This document shows, piece after piece, positions 52,364-64,000 of a stretch of 64,000 nt of DNA; positions within the stretch are counted from its first letter, which is position 1; every line of letters starts with the position of its first letter. The notes beneath the pieces are model-generated. The model worked only from the letters and a program-made list of their open reading frames with translations, had not been told where the DNA came from and made no database searches. Position numbers and translations under genes: made by a program. This DNA comes from Gonapodya sp. JEL0774 (taxonomy: Eukaryota): positions 1 through 64,000 of the forward strand of contig JADIIX010000118.1 in NCBI GenBank assembly GCA_027604505.1, written 5' to 3'.

Positions 52364-54016
52364 TTACTCAATATATTCACATTGCTTGTAGAAAAGAATG
52401 GGCAAATCACGGTGCTGTGTTGAGCTTCACAGATTGAAAGAAGTCATAACCAAGGGACACTCACTTCAAACCAAACATGCTCCAATGCAGCAGATGCACT
52501 CAACCTTTTGTCCGGATCTGCCTGTAGCAAGTTAGTGATCAAATCCTTACACTCTTTTGTTCTACCTCCCCAGCAGGAACCATCAAAGTTAAAGTCTGCA
52601 TTCTTTATCCTATCAATCTGATGGGCTTCTGATAGTCCCGGTAAGTTTTCTTCATTGCCAAATGGAGATTCTAAGGAAGTGAGCATATCTAATGTGAAGT
52701 ATTGTTGTTAGGAGCAAGCATGGTGGCAAGTGGGCAATCACACATACACAACAGAACACCTGCGGCCCAACAGTCAACCTTTTCATTGTACTGTTTTCCA
52801 AGGAATACTTCTGGAGCCATGTACGCAATGGTGCCAACATGTGAGCTGCGTCGAGTTTTGGGACCTCCAATGGCTGCAACCCCAAAGTCTGTCTGCAAAT
52901 GGCCATGCAAGGAAGTTAACAGACACCAGTAACTCAGAAACAGATTAAAAGTGACCTACAAGCTTGATGCTAAAGTCTTGGATGTTGCTGTTGCACATCA
53001 GTACATTTTCCAACTGAAGTGACCCAAACTTGTTAGGTGCCGAGTGACATGAGGAACGTACTGGACACTTACTTTGATATCACGATGAACTATGTTTATC
53101 GAATGAAGATATGTCAAGGCTTCAAAGAGTTGTCGCATCACCGTTGCACACTGACGCTCTGACATGTCCACATCCATCATGCGGTCAAACAAGCAGCCAC
53201 CTGCACAGAGGTCCATCACCAAAAAAGCATGCTCTTTGGTCCTTTCAAAGTCAAATAAGTGGACAATCCTTTCATGTGATACAGTCTGCAGAGCCTCAAG
53301 CTCATCATCCAAACGTGCGAGATTTGGTACCAACTTGCACCAGATGGTTTTCAGAGCAAAATGTTTCAAATTGCGGTCTTCATTATGTTCCAAATTTTCA
53401 TTTGCAATTTCCTCGACTTCATAGACGGTGGCATATGCACCACTTTGGGTTCCGAACGTGTTATTGGATGGAAGAAATTCATTTAACCATACTACTCACC
53501 GGCCAAGCTCCTTCCCCAAATTAAATCGACCGCTAAATCTCATAGGAAGAAGTTCACGTCGTAGTGACAGTGGCGTGTTGGTACTGACAACTGGTTAATG
53601 AGAGTCACGCATTGTGTAGAAGTACTCCAGAACAACAATACCAACGGAAACCCACCCGATGTTGCACGAGAGCGTAGACTTCGAACGCTTTGCTTCCTTT
53701 CCGCACTAGACTGCACGAGTGTATCGTTATTCAAGACCTTAAGGGTTCGTTTCCTCGTTGGTCCCCGACTCATTGCCGCCATTGAGTTTGTTCGAAGGGC
53801 TGTAGCAAGGTCAATGGGACGCTGCAATAATTCTGATGTAGTAGATCCTCTTTTGCTTTGCACGGGGGAAGGAAGCCACGAGCGACTCCCACTATCCGCT
53901 GACTCGAGATTCGAGAAAGGATCAGTGATATCGACCGCCAACCGGGCATCCATGATTCGGAGAGGATCAACTGGTACGGCTTTAACGCTGAGCTTTGATA
54001 ACTTGGAATCCGACAT
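52364..54016 (-). CDS. Ser/Thr protein kinase, CAMK group (multi-exon)
   Basis: LGKELG/SGAYATV, FALKTI, LVMDLCAGGCLFDR, IVHRDIK/LENVL, DFG, GTIAYMAPE, DCWAAGV, DLITNLLQADPDKRLSASAALEHVWF; last exon tentative. Confidence 0.92.
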
Positions 54017-54086
54017 GCGAGGAAGTGTGATTCGATTCAATGTGGTTAAGGGAACGACTTAGCACCAACAGGTTGTTGCTGTGGTC

Positions 54087-57000
54087 ATGAAGATCTCCCT
54101 CCCCCCACAGGATGACACCCCCCCAATTCCAACAACTGTGATGCTTCACACAAGCGCGAGTCGCAATCAATCTCTAAACCAGTTTGCAACATCATCTGTA
54201 TTGCCCGGGCTGCCTTCCGATAACAAGAAGCCACACGATGTTCTGTCGCGCCTCGGTGTCGACTTTGAATTCGATTATCCTCAGGATGCTTCCTTGGAAC
54301 AACTGATCGGGCATCTGGAAAGTCGCCTTTATCTTTCACGACACGTCTTTCCTGGACTGGTGCCAGCTTTGGAGCGCCTTGCAAAAGAAGTAGAGGCCAA
54401 AGGAATCGTTGGATCCCATCCATCGGCCTCAAACAAGTCGAGAATTGGCAGATTGTCGATGCTCGGAAGATTTCGAAAGGATTCAACAATGGACAGCTTT
54501 AACCCTATTATATGGCTCGGTACAGTTACTCCTTTCCCCACTCTTCGTTGCTTTTGCGTCACTTCCCTTTCACTCGCAGGTCAGTATCTTTTTCGACACA
54601 ATCCACTCCATTCGGCCGATGTGTCGTCTTCCGCATCAGATTACTATCTCAGAACATTGCAAGACACTGTTGTTTCACAGGAGTCCCGCTTGCATCACCT
54701 TAAAGCCTGCAGAGATTCCGAGGGGAGGTATAAATTGTTGCTCAACAAGTTGAAGAGTCAAGCCACGCAACGATTCGAGGTATTGAGAACGACAGTTTGG
54801 CGTGCATGCATGTCTGCACTAGAACGGCGATTCGGTGAAAGCAGAGACGCGTTCATCAGGCTTTTCGAATTAGTGAGTATCGCACGCAGTTGGACCGAAC
54901 CATGAATTCGATATTGTCAACCTAAATCACGGTATTTAGCACCAAGTGTTTGTTTGTGCTGCATCAGACCCTCGCCTGCAATCGACGGATGAAACTTCTT
55001 CCCACCTTCAAAGTGTTCTTGCAGCGATAAAGCGCGAACACGTGTCATCTCTTCCTACCACATTCTCGAATGAAGTCAATCAGAAATTGGGACAGAAGAA
55101 TACCTGGCTTGAGAAACGGACCGCCGAGGATTTTGCCTCTCTTGTTATAAATGGGACGGGGTCCGCAAGGACTTCTGCTTTAGCAACTTGCTCCGATGAA
55201 AGCTTTTGTCATTTCGTGGAAACGTTGATATCATCTCTTGAGAGCTATGGAGAATCGCTGTCGAACTTGGAGAGTCCAGAGAATCTCATTGTAAGGCTCA
55301 CATCCGCAGTGACCAAAATGAAAGGTGCACTTGGCTCCTGTTGGCAGCAAAATATGCAAAAGATTATGAAGGCTTGGGCATCTGGAGTGGAGATCAATCA
55401 TCAGGAGGCAGAGCTTCCTGATTTTGACTCCGCGGGTGTTGAGCAATTGTTCATCGAGCATCTCGCGGACAGTGATTTGAATAGCGACAAGAACTTAAGC
55501 AATTTGGGGAATCAGTTGCTTCATTCACACGGCGTAAGGGCTGCACTTTCTGTCGCAACTTATATGGAGGAGCTTCTTGCGTCCACCGGCAAGCTTGAGA
55601 CTGTACTTGGGTTGGAAAACAAGAGACACCAAAACACCAAATCACTTGGTCATCAAGAGCTTTCGGGCGTGTATCATGACAGTTCAAACTCTCAAGATAT
55701 GAAGTGTTTGGCAGAGAAGATGGAGTCTGATAAACGGGAACGGGAACTGACATTGGAAGCAGTTTTTGATATGCTGGATAAGGTAACTATTTTTGATTTG
55801 ATGCAATCAGATGATTCAAACTGACTTATACCTTCTTCAAATATTTGAGACTCATTCTGGAGGACTCCAGTCTTCTGTTCTCTTCAGTGTATTTTCAAGA
55901 GCGTTATCTGCAGAGGCTCAACTCCCTCCTCATGTTGCCGCGGTACTGAGCCAACTTGGACAAATACCGCTGGCACATCAGATAGTGAGCAGGGCTGAGT
56001 GGATTAGACATACTCTCCAGGTGCTAGAGCACGCAGCAAATTCGGGCATGTTTGTTGACCTCGAAGGCCTTGCGTATGGTGTAACAACTCTTCTTCAACT
56101 GGAAGAATCAACATCCAGGCATCCCGTTTCATTAGCAAGTCGCAAGCATGATCTGCTCGCGCAACGAAGCAAGCTTGTTGTGGACCTGGAAGAGCTTGCA
56201 AATGAAATGGACCTCACAGCACTCAAGTTTTCTGAGCGGGCAGCCACATTAATCACAGAGGCTCTCTCTAACGGTCAATCGCAAGGTCACAAGGGGTTTG
56301 CCGTCAAGATTTTGGTGAAAGACCCCACCACATCTGGTGTGGAGGGCCATTCAGCTCTCAAATGTATTGGCGTCGGCGGAAATACTCCACACCTTGACGA
56401 TTACCGGGATCAACATCTGGGATCCGTTGTCTACGATGGCTCCTTTGAATATGATTGCTGTTTCAATAACATTCCTATTGTTTCACGCAGTACCTCTGGT
56501 GAATTACAGACCATATCCATTGCCGTTCCTATGAGCGAAGTGGGATGTCTGGTACTGGATTCCTTTCTCAAGAAGGATGGAACTGATCAGGAAGAAGATT
56601 TGTCTGAGTTCATGGAGGTAATCTGCTTTCGTTGACCAGTACCATTTGTATATTCAAACGGATTGCTTGTCAGTCTATCTCCACTACAGTGTGCAAGTGC
56701 CTTCGATTAATTGACTCACGATTCCGCGCACTCACACTCGCCGCATCAGCGCGCGAGTTTGTGCAGACAACACACCCTGACATGGAAATTGGCGTGTACA
56801 TGGTGGATCAGGCTCACCCTGGGACTTTATGGAGAGTTACTGAGGCGGACAAAGAGGAAGATTGGACGGCGAGTGGCTTGGAGGCGTGGGGCGGGTGTGG
56901 TTTAAATATTCAGAGGGTCAACAGTGACACTACCAAGTAAGAACTTTTTTGAACTGCCGTCCAGGAGTGAAACTCTTTCGATTAATTTGTCGCCGTCATT

Positions 57001-58036
57001 CCATCACAGCGCTTTCCTTTTCGAGTCTGCACGCACAAACACCAAGGTGACATGTGTCGCAAGCCCATCGCTCACTGCCATTCCCATCCCTGATTCAACC
57101 TCTGGGGATGGAACTCCATCAGTTACCGCGGTGATCAGCGTAAGAGGGACCACTGATAAGAATCCTCTCGAAGAGGACGTTGAAGACGTTCGTCAACTTG
57201 GGGATGTGTTGGGTCAAGGATTAGCTATGATAAACAACGATGGAGGGCCTCAACGTGGAATCCCAGAGACGCAAGGTACGTTAGTTATGTTCATTAGTTA
57301 ACTGTCAAACCAGCTCCTACCATTCTTTTTGGGGTTTAGATGCAGAGAGTTCCTCACCGCTTGTTCAACGTGCTTTGCTGTTTGGGAGACTCGTCCTGAA
57401 ACGTGCTCAAACGTTACTGTCGCAAATTGATGCTAAGACTTTGGCAGAGCTTAAATCGTACAAGAAGCCGCCGGCCCTCGTGCATATTGTTATAAAATGC
57501 ATCATGTTGGTGTTTGGTAAGAAATTGGAGGACGTAAAAGGATGGGGGGAGACTGCAAAGGTAAGAGCTCTGTTCGACAGGGTGTTACGGAGTGTTTTTG
57601 TGTTTAAGGGCACACTTTTCATCTGTGATACTCAGCTGCTGACTGTCGATTTGCTTAAGTCGATGCAAGCTTACGATCCTACGGCTCTACAAAAAAAGAA
57701 AAGATTTGAGCAAGTTAGAAAACTTCTGAAATGTGGGTCCAAGTCCGTATTTTGAAGAACTCACCTGTGTAATTAATGGTGATCGTTGATTGATTGTCAG
57801 CAATCAAGACGGATGATGTCCGCCACCACGCCTCGCTTCCAACGCAGCTTATGCACAATTGGTTGGTAGTGTCTCTTGCATTGAGGGACAAAGCTGTCAA
57901 GGAACGGAAGCGAATGAAAGAATCTCAATCGTTAGGAGCTTTGGGATCGGAATTGGATGATACCGAGGAGGCAGAGGGTCCTCTGCACGACGAATTTGGG
58001 GACGAATTAGACTACGAGAACCAAGAGCCCGTTTGA
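54087..58036 (+). CDS. EFCAB5: EFCAB5-like protein (N-terminal Dpy-30/RIIa-like helical module, GAF-like middle, conserved C-terminal helical domain)
   Basis: YLSRHVFPGLVPALERLAKEVE..FNPIIWLG/QYLFRHNP and AELKSYKKPPALVHIVIKCI..W..AYDPTA resemble N- and C-terminal blocks of EFCAB5 as I recall them; seven consecutive plus-strand ORFs separated by GT-AG introns. Confidence 0.75.
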
Positions 58037-58548
58037 TCTGCTAGAGATACGGTTTTGCGAATCAAGATGCTGGTGCTCAGATGATGATGCGCATATATCT
58101 TTTGATCATTCTTATGCACTATATTGGAAGAAACTGTTCGACCTAGTTCACCCTTTCCTCCATTAAGTACTCTCAATGTCATAGTATCACTTGAGAATCG
58201 CCGCAAACCCCGGAAGCACCCACTTGTTCAATTTCCACTGTTTGCAGAACTCGCGACACCGACTATGCCATACAGGAAACTGAACCAGCAATGCTTGACT
58301 CAAAACACCCCTTGCCTCAATTGCACACGTGCTAAATTACCCCTAACTTCGAATCTCTTGTGAAGGTGGGATATTTCTCGATCTCCTTGATGCAGGGAGC
58401 TGTGCCTCTTTGGGGACCAACCCACCGTTGCTCTTTCACTACGTCGATTCTTACTTGAACCTTCAACGAGTTGGTGTTACCGCGATTTCCTCGAAACATC
58501 AATGATGGTGCACTCACCGGAACCCCCGATCGATGCTGCTGGTCTTCC

Positions 58549-58840
58549 TTCCTTGTTGACGAGACCATCTACGCCACCGTCTCCGCCAATGCATGTACGA
58601 GGTACGCATCTCCAGAGTCCTCCTTTTTCATTCGATCTTCCTTCAAACATCACCCAATCCCCGATTCTCCAGAAAATTTATCTCTTAGGAACTTCTCTTG
58701 CCCGTCCTATTATTGCCCGCAGCCAGATTGAAGTCGCGAAACGTGAAGGGTGCGACTATGTTTCCCACCGTTGCACTGGAAAGGGAAACGACCAGGTCCG
58801 GTTCGAAATTTCCTACTACTACGCTCTTATGCCCTCGTAG
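58549..58840 (+). pseudogene. ARG1: Argininosuccinate synthase internal fragment
   Basis: [15 protein letters not shown](frameshift)YE, intron 58602-58672, then [55 protein letters not shown]; no other ASS exons recognised nearby. Confidence 0.88.
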
Positions 58841-61800
58841 AATTTCCCAAATCAATTATATCCTTAATAATCTCAGTAGTTTCATCAGTCCGATCAAGAA
58901 TGATCTGCGGATCGTTTGACCAGTGGGAATCACTTCGAGCTTCCATTAGAGGAGGGAATCTCATGATCTGACAAAACTCACAGCAATTTTCGCATCTCGA
59001 TCAATGTTTAGCTCCGCAGTGTTCACGATCAATGCATCCAAGCGAGCTTCCACGTTTTCAATAACACAGCAAAGTCTTCGGAGACAAGTCTAAAGGCACG
59101 CAGAAATGGATTTACACAAATCACCAACAATAAACCAGATAATATTGCTTCCTCAACTCACTTCAAGTTTGATCTCACGCGCATGCACCCGATCAGCTTC
59201 ACGAGTGGAACTTTCAATGAAGGATGCCGGCTCTGATTTTACAGATACAGTTGTGGAAAGCACTTCCTGGCAAAACCAATGCATTCTGATGTCACCATTC
59301 TCTCTATCAAACAGATTTTCGGCAAAACTCACTTGAGCGAAATCACATTTGCAAGAATGCTCTTGATCAGATTTGAGAGAAGGAGGGGCTGATGACATGG
59401 CTTGAGTCTCGATGGGCGCGGAAGGGCTACTCAGTACCATCGCGCTACCACACGTTCAGGCATTTGCTGGCGCTCGCGCGGGCCTCGCTCCACTCGGGAG
59501 ACATACTCACGGGACGACTTCTGCCCTTGACTCACTCCTTTGCGGACCTCACCTTTGCACTAGCAGAGCGTCGTTTCTGTTTGTTAAATCAGCCTGGAGG
59601 ACTCTCATGTCTATGTTGAGAAAGGTGACTGTATCGAGGGCGGCGAGTTCGTTTTCACGCGAGAGTTGAGCGTTGATCTGGAGTTTGTTGCAGAGTGGGA
59701 CCAACCCTGTCAACGCTCCCAGCCAGGGGACGCGAAAAATATTCACAGTTTCATGTAGTGGGAAAATGAGAGCACGAAAGACTGGGGTGTGCGGTGCAGT
59801 TCTGATGACGCCCCCGCATGCTCATTCTCCTCATCCGCATCCATACCGAATCCCGCACCATCACTCGCGCACACCTCCTTCCCCACGAGCTCGTCGGCGT
59901 CATGGACCAGTTGGTGGCCAGATTGGTAAGTATACATTGGATGGGAGGATGGGCACCATGGATCCAGGGGCACGAGAGAGGGTGGAACCGTCCCGACCAA
60001 GTAAAGCAGGTGCCTCCTTGGAAGGGAGTTCACGACGGTGGGGCGGTTCATCGTAAAGCTCGTCGCGACGAGCCCGAAATCTCCCCTAAAGGACGACGGT
60101 GCCGAGCTCGTTCCACCTGTGGCATCAGTATTGCGTATACGTGCAGCGTGGCTTCCCTCTACTACCAGAATGAACAAAGGTTTGAGGTGAGAACACAGAA
60201 TCGCTCGCAACCAAACCAAACCGCCGACACATATCCGAGCTCGAGGAAAACTGTCCGCCCGAACTTACCGCCTTCTTGCTGGCACCGGCGGCGTCTTCAA
60301 TCCTCCCTGAGCTGGCTCCGGCTCTTCCGACCCCACTGATCCCATCTTCTTCGCCATGCCCTGCCACATCCTCCTCCTCCCCGTCTAACGCTGTTTCCTT
60401 GATCTCCACCTTGAGCTTCCTCTGTCTCCTCCTCTCATCTTCTGGTCGGAATCGTTTAGTACTTCTGTCGAAGTGGTCTCAAGGGTATCGTTGAAGGTAG
60501 AGGGGTGGGCAAAGGTAACCATCTGCACCATATTCAAGTGCAGGGCTGGAGAGGGCGGCGAGGTTGGGAGGGGGATTCGGTTGGGAGGGTGGGAGAGCAG
60601 CAAGGAGGCAGTTTCGAGTGCCGCGTTGGTGGGAGTTTGAGCAATGTATTTGCGGGAGCGACCAGTGGAGGAATGACCGGAAACCTTGGTTTGAATGCGT
60701 GTGGGGAACGGGGAAGGTAAATCGAAACCAAGTAAGTTCAGTACCCTACATGGGAATCGGGAATGCAAAACATCCCCTCGCCAACTTCGCTACACCGCCC
60801 CAAACGCACCTGAAGAAAATTTTATCATCGGGCTGCATCAATATGGCCTCTCCACTCCCACTTCTACCTCTCGCGCCTCTCCTGCTTCTCCTGCCTGTCC
60901 GTCTTCTCCTCCTTCTCTCTCTCATTTCTCTCCGCCCCTCCCCGTCAAATTTGCCAACCAGACCATAACGACCCGGTCCTGACTTGCGCAGCTGTGACTC
61001 CACAATCAACGGTCATGGCACCGACCCAAAGATACAGTGTGGACCCAACAACGCCGCGGCGACGGACTGGACCTCGGAACCGTAAGGAGAATTCATGGAC
61101 GCCGACCTTGCGGCCTACACCCCCTAAAACGCCGGCCTCTGGTGCCCAGCGCCGATCACGCGGCCAGCTGGAACTGAGACTATCCGGCGAATTGTAAATA
61201 CTGGGCAACACCAAAGGCGCCTGGGCTACCGTCGGCAGGTATGCGGCGGACAAGGACGGCGGTGAGATGGAGTACGGGGAAACTGTGTGGCACGGCCGGG
61301 GAAAGTGAGGTAACCCCGGTATAGATTGCGACCGAGGTCGGGGAACAGGTGGAGCGCCATAACCGCCACTGTCCGGATGGCGATCTCCAAGGCATTCGGA
61401 GTGTGCCCTGACCCACCCACTACACTCGCCACACGCTCTTCCTCCATCCCAACCCGCCTCTCCTCCTCACTCTCCTCCAGTGCCCCCGTCCCCGTTCCCG
61501 TCCGCGCGGCAAACCCGATCCCAGCGGGACCGTTCCCAACCCCACAACCCCCCCCCAACACCATCACTCCCGTGCGATCCACCAATGCCTCCGTGATGTA
61601 CCGAGGTGCGCCGTGGGGCCATTCATGCCACGTGCTGGCGTCCCCGTGGGGCACCAACTTGGGCCTGGTGGATACAAAATTAGAGTGCGGGACTGTGGTG
61701 AGGGATGTAATTGCGGTTGCGCCAGGGCCCGACGGTGGCTGAGTGGAGCTGGCGACACACACCGAGGTTCAATTCGTGGCGGTGGCGGGGACAGGGACAG

Positions 61801-64000
61801 GTACGGGCCCCCGTACACGGTAACACTCACGTGTTGTGTCGTGACTTCCGACATTGCGGTCCATTCTCGTCTCTGGAGCGCAAAATACGCTTAGAAGGAG
61901 ACGTCAACGCAGGACTGGTGGTGGTGAAGCATTGTGGATCCTGGGCTGTGTGTGGTTGAAAGTAAGGACAAAGATCGATGACGTGAGTGCTTGAGCCAGG
62001 CATAGACAAGAGAAGGTGGAGAAGGTGAAGTGAGGGAATGCGTAAGCTGCGACACATTGACTACACATAAAATTCAGTTGTCCCAGGTGACAGCGTGACT
62101 CGCTTCGAAAATGCTTCGCACTCGGTTTCACTCCTAACATTGTCCACTGTCTCCCAGACAAACCGCACGATGCTCGACGCTGATTGAGCGACCCATTACA
62201 GCGTTGGACGACTCTCGCGCGGGAAGTCAACACCAGAGAAAGAGACTGACCTTTCACCCGATGGCCCGTATGCCCATCACCGTATGCGGTGCAACTGTCA
62301 TGGCCCGTTGAGTTCCCCAATGAGAATATTGGTTAGAGTGACCGGAGCAGGGACCGAGTATCAAGAGTGGTTGTGACTCTATGAGTATGAGAAGAGGTAG
62401 GATCCGGCAAATTGAGCGTTTAAACTGAGCTGACAAGACGACTTGCAGCCATCTTCAATGCCAGCCCAAAAGGGGATGAGACTCACCCTAAATAGCCCAG
62501 AGACTTCCAGAGGCAAGACCTCCAAGATCACCAATACTGACAATCCTTTGTGTGGGCATTCGGACAGAAAGAGCTGCATCGAGAAGGGCTGTGAGGGTCT
62601 CGGACAAACGAGGGTTAGAGACAAATATGACGGTTTCAGATCTCTCAATTGCGCCTTGCCCGTGGAAAGAATACCAAGAATTCCACCATCTTCTGCTCGC
62701 GATCACCATCCCAGGAGCATTTTGGGACTTCACCCGTACAAACGATGCTCGCGCAACTCCACAAAGACATTTCATCTGCGTATACCCACGGTCTTTGCAG
62801 TTGAAAATGGTGGGCTCAATCGAGGATGTTGGTGATATAAGGAGAACGTCGTCCGAGACGAATGAAGGAAGCATGGGAAGTTGAAACGCGAACAACATCT
62901 ATGTGGAAATTGCCAAAGACTTTTCAGTGTGTTCAAGTCAACCAAAAAACGATACCCAAAAGCACTGTTCGAACCCCCGGTTGAAGTTGGGGCGGCTGCA
63001 TAAATCACCGCAGTCAGAAGTACATGTTTCGTTGAATTTCCCCCTTCCCATTGCGAAACCTGTGATTTCATTCCCTTTGTCAAGTTCCTGGCAAAAGCTG
63101 TAGCTCACGTGACCTAATTGGGGGACACTTTCGCCTTCCGCCTTCCGCCGGTGACAGTTTTCCCTCCAAACCAGTCATCCTTCACACGAACACAGTCACC
63201 CTGACGCTCTTTGCTTGATTTACCAAGCGACACTCAAATTGACATTGTAGAAAACTACCAATATACAACACGGAAGAGTAGCTTCTCCTTGGATGTGAAG
63301 GACTACGCGCCCAGCTTTTGTTATGCGCAAGAGGACTCTTCGCTCCCGTGACAGCTGCGCTCCATTCCCTCATAAAACTTTGCTTCATTCCCCTTTGTTA
63401 ACCTGTTGGTAAAAGCACGTGCTGCATGTGGCGGAGACGGGCAGAGTGGGGGACATTGATGACATCTTTCTCACACTCTTCCATGACGCATATAAAACGG
63501 TTTCCTTCAAAACTGTGCTCTTTTGTCCTGCAAAAAACACGCGCTACCTCAACCAGTGTCTGTTTTTCTCGCCCTCGCCCCTCGATACAACTCCAGAGGC
63601 TCGTGCCGTTGTCAAGATGCTCGCGAAATCATCTGGCCCGTGAATGTTCACCACATGGTCGTGTTCCGAAACCTATTTGCCAACAAGCTTTACCTTCAGT
63701 GCTGATAGTCCCGCATCATTGAACTACTCGCCCTTTCTGTACATGTCGTATACCATGGTGGATGCGGGGGGTGTTACCGACTAGTGGGTTAATATTGACA
63801 AAGGACAAACACCTCACCCATCATGATTTAATCTTTCACTTGAAAATCCACATCTAGCGCCGTTCCAAAACCAGTGAACGAATCTTTCTACCTCGATTTC
63901 CTTTGGTTCTTAATGTTGCGACCATTTTGGGCGATATGCCAAGACAGGAGCCCTGAGGAGGTTAAGGATGTTTTCCAAAAAGCTCGGTGAGTTCCTTTAG

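Noticed and set aside
59100..62400. Coding-like fragments with stops
   Set aside because: Probably decayed genes, but no family could be supported.

Overview
Intron-rich eukaryotic DNA (~50% GC, short GT-AG introns mostly ~50-130 nt) from a draft assembly with a poly-C start and two 10-N gaps. A flagellum-associated EFCAB5-like gene and a hevein/CBM18 domain point, by inference, to a zoosporic early-diverging fungus (chytrid sensu lato). Genes rebuilt by hand across introns: KCTD-type BTB protein, THEM4-like HotDog thioesterase, AsaB/CmcJ-like oxygenase, two secreted type-B carboxylesterases, a full ABCB/MDR1-type transporter, a CAMK-group kinase and EFCAB5, plus several hypothetical genes. 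Between them lie decayed gene pieces (inverted frameshifted copy of the BTB gene, an intron-containing argininosuccinate synthase fragment, a possible BTB-ankyrin relic) and a 1.2 kb element with long inverted ends. Most notable: (1) a secreted carboxylesterase fused to a complete 8-Cys chitin-binding CBM18 domain that the ORF track misses, with a 6-nt micro-exon in the same gene; (2) a tandemly duplicated, selectively conserved 72-nt hairpin followed by an ANANNA motif, a candidate structured RNA. All family calls are by motif recognition; no searches were run and exon boundaries are predictions.
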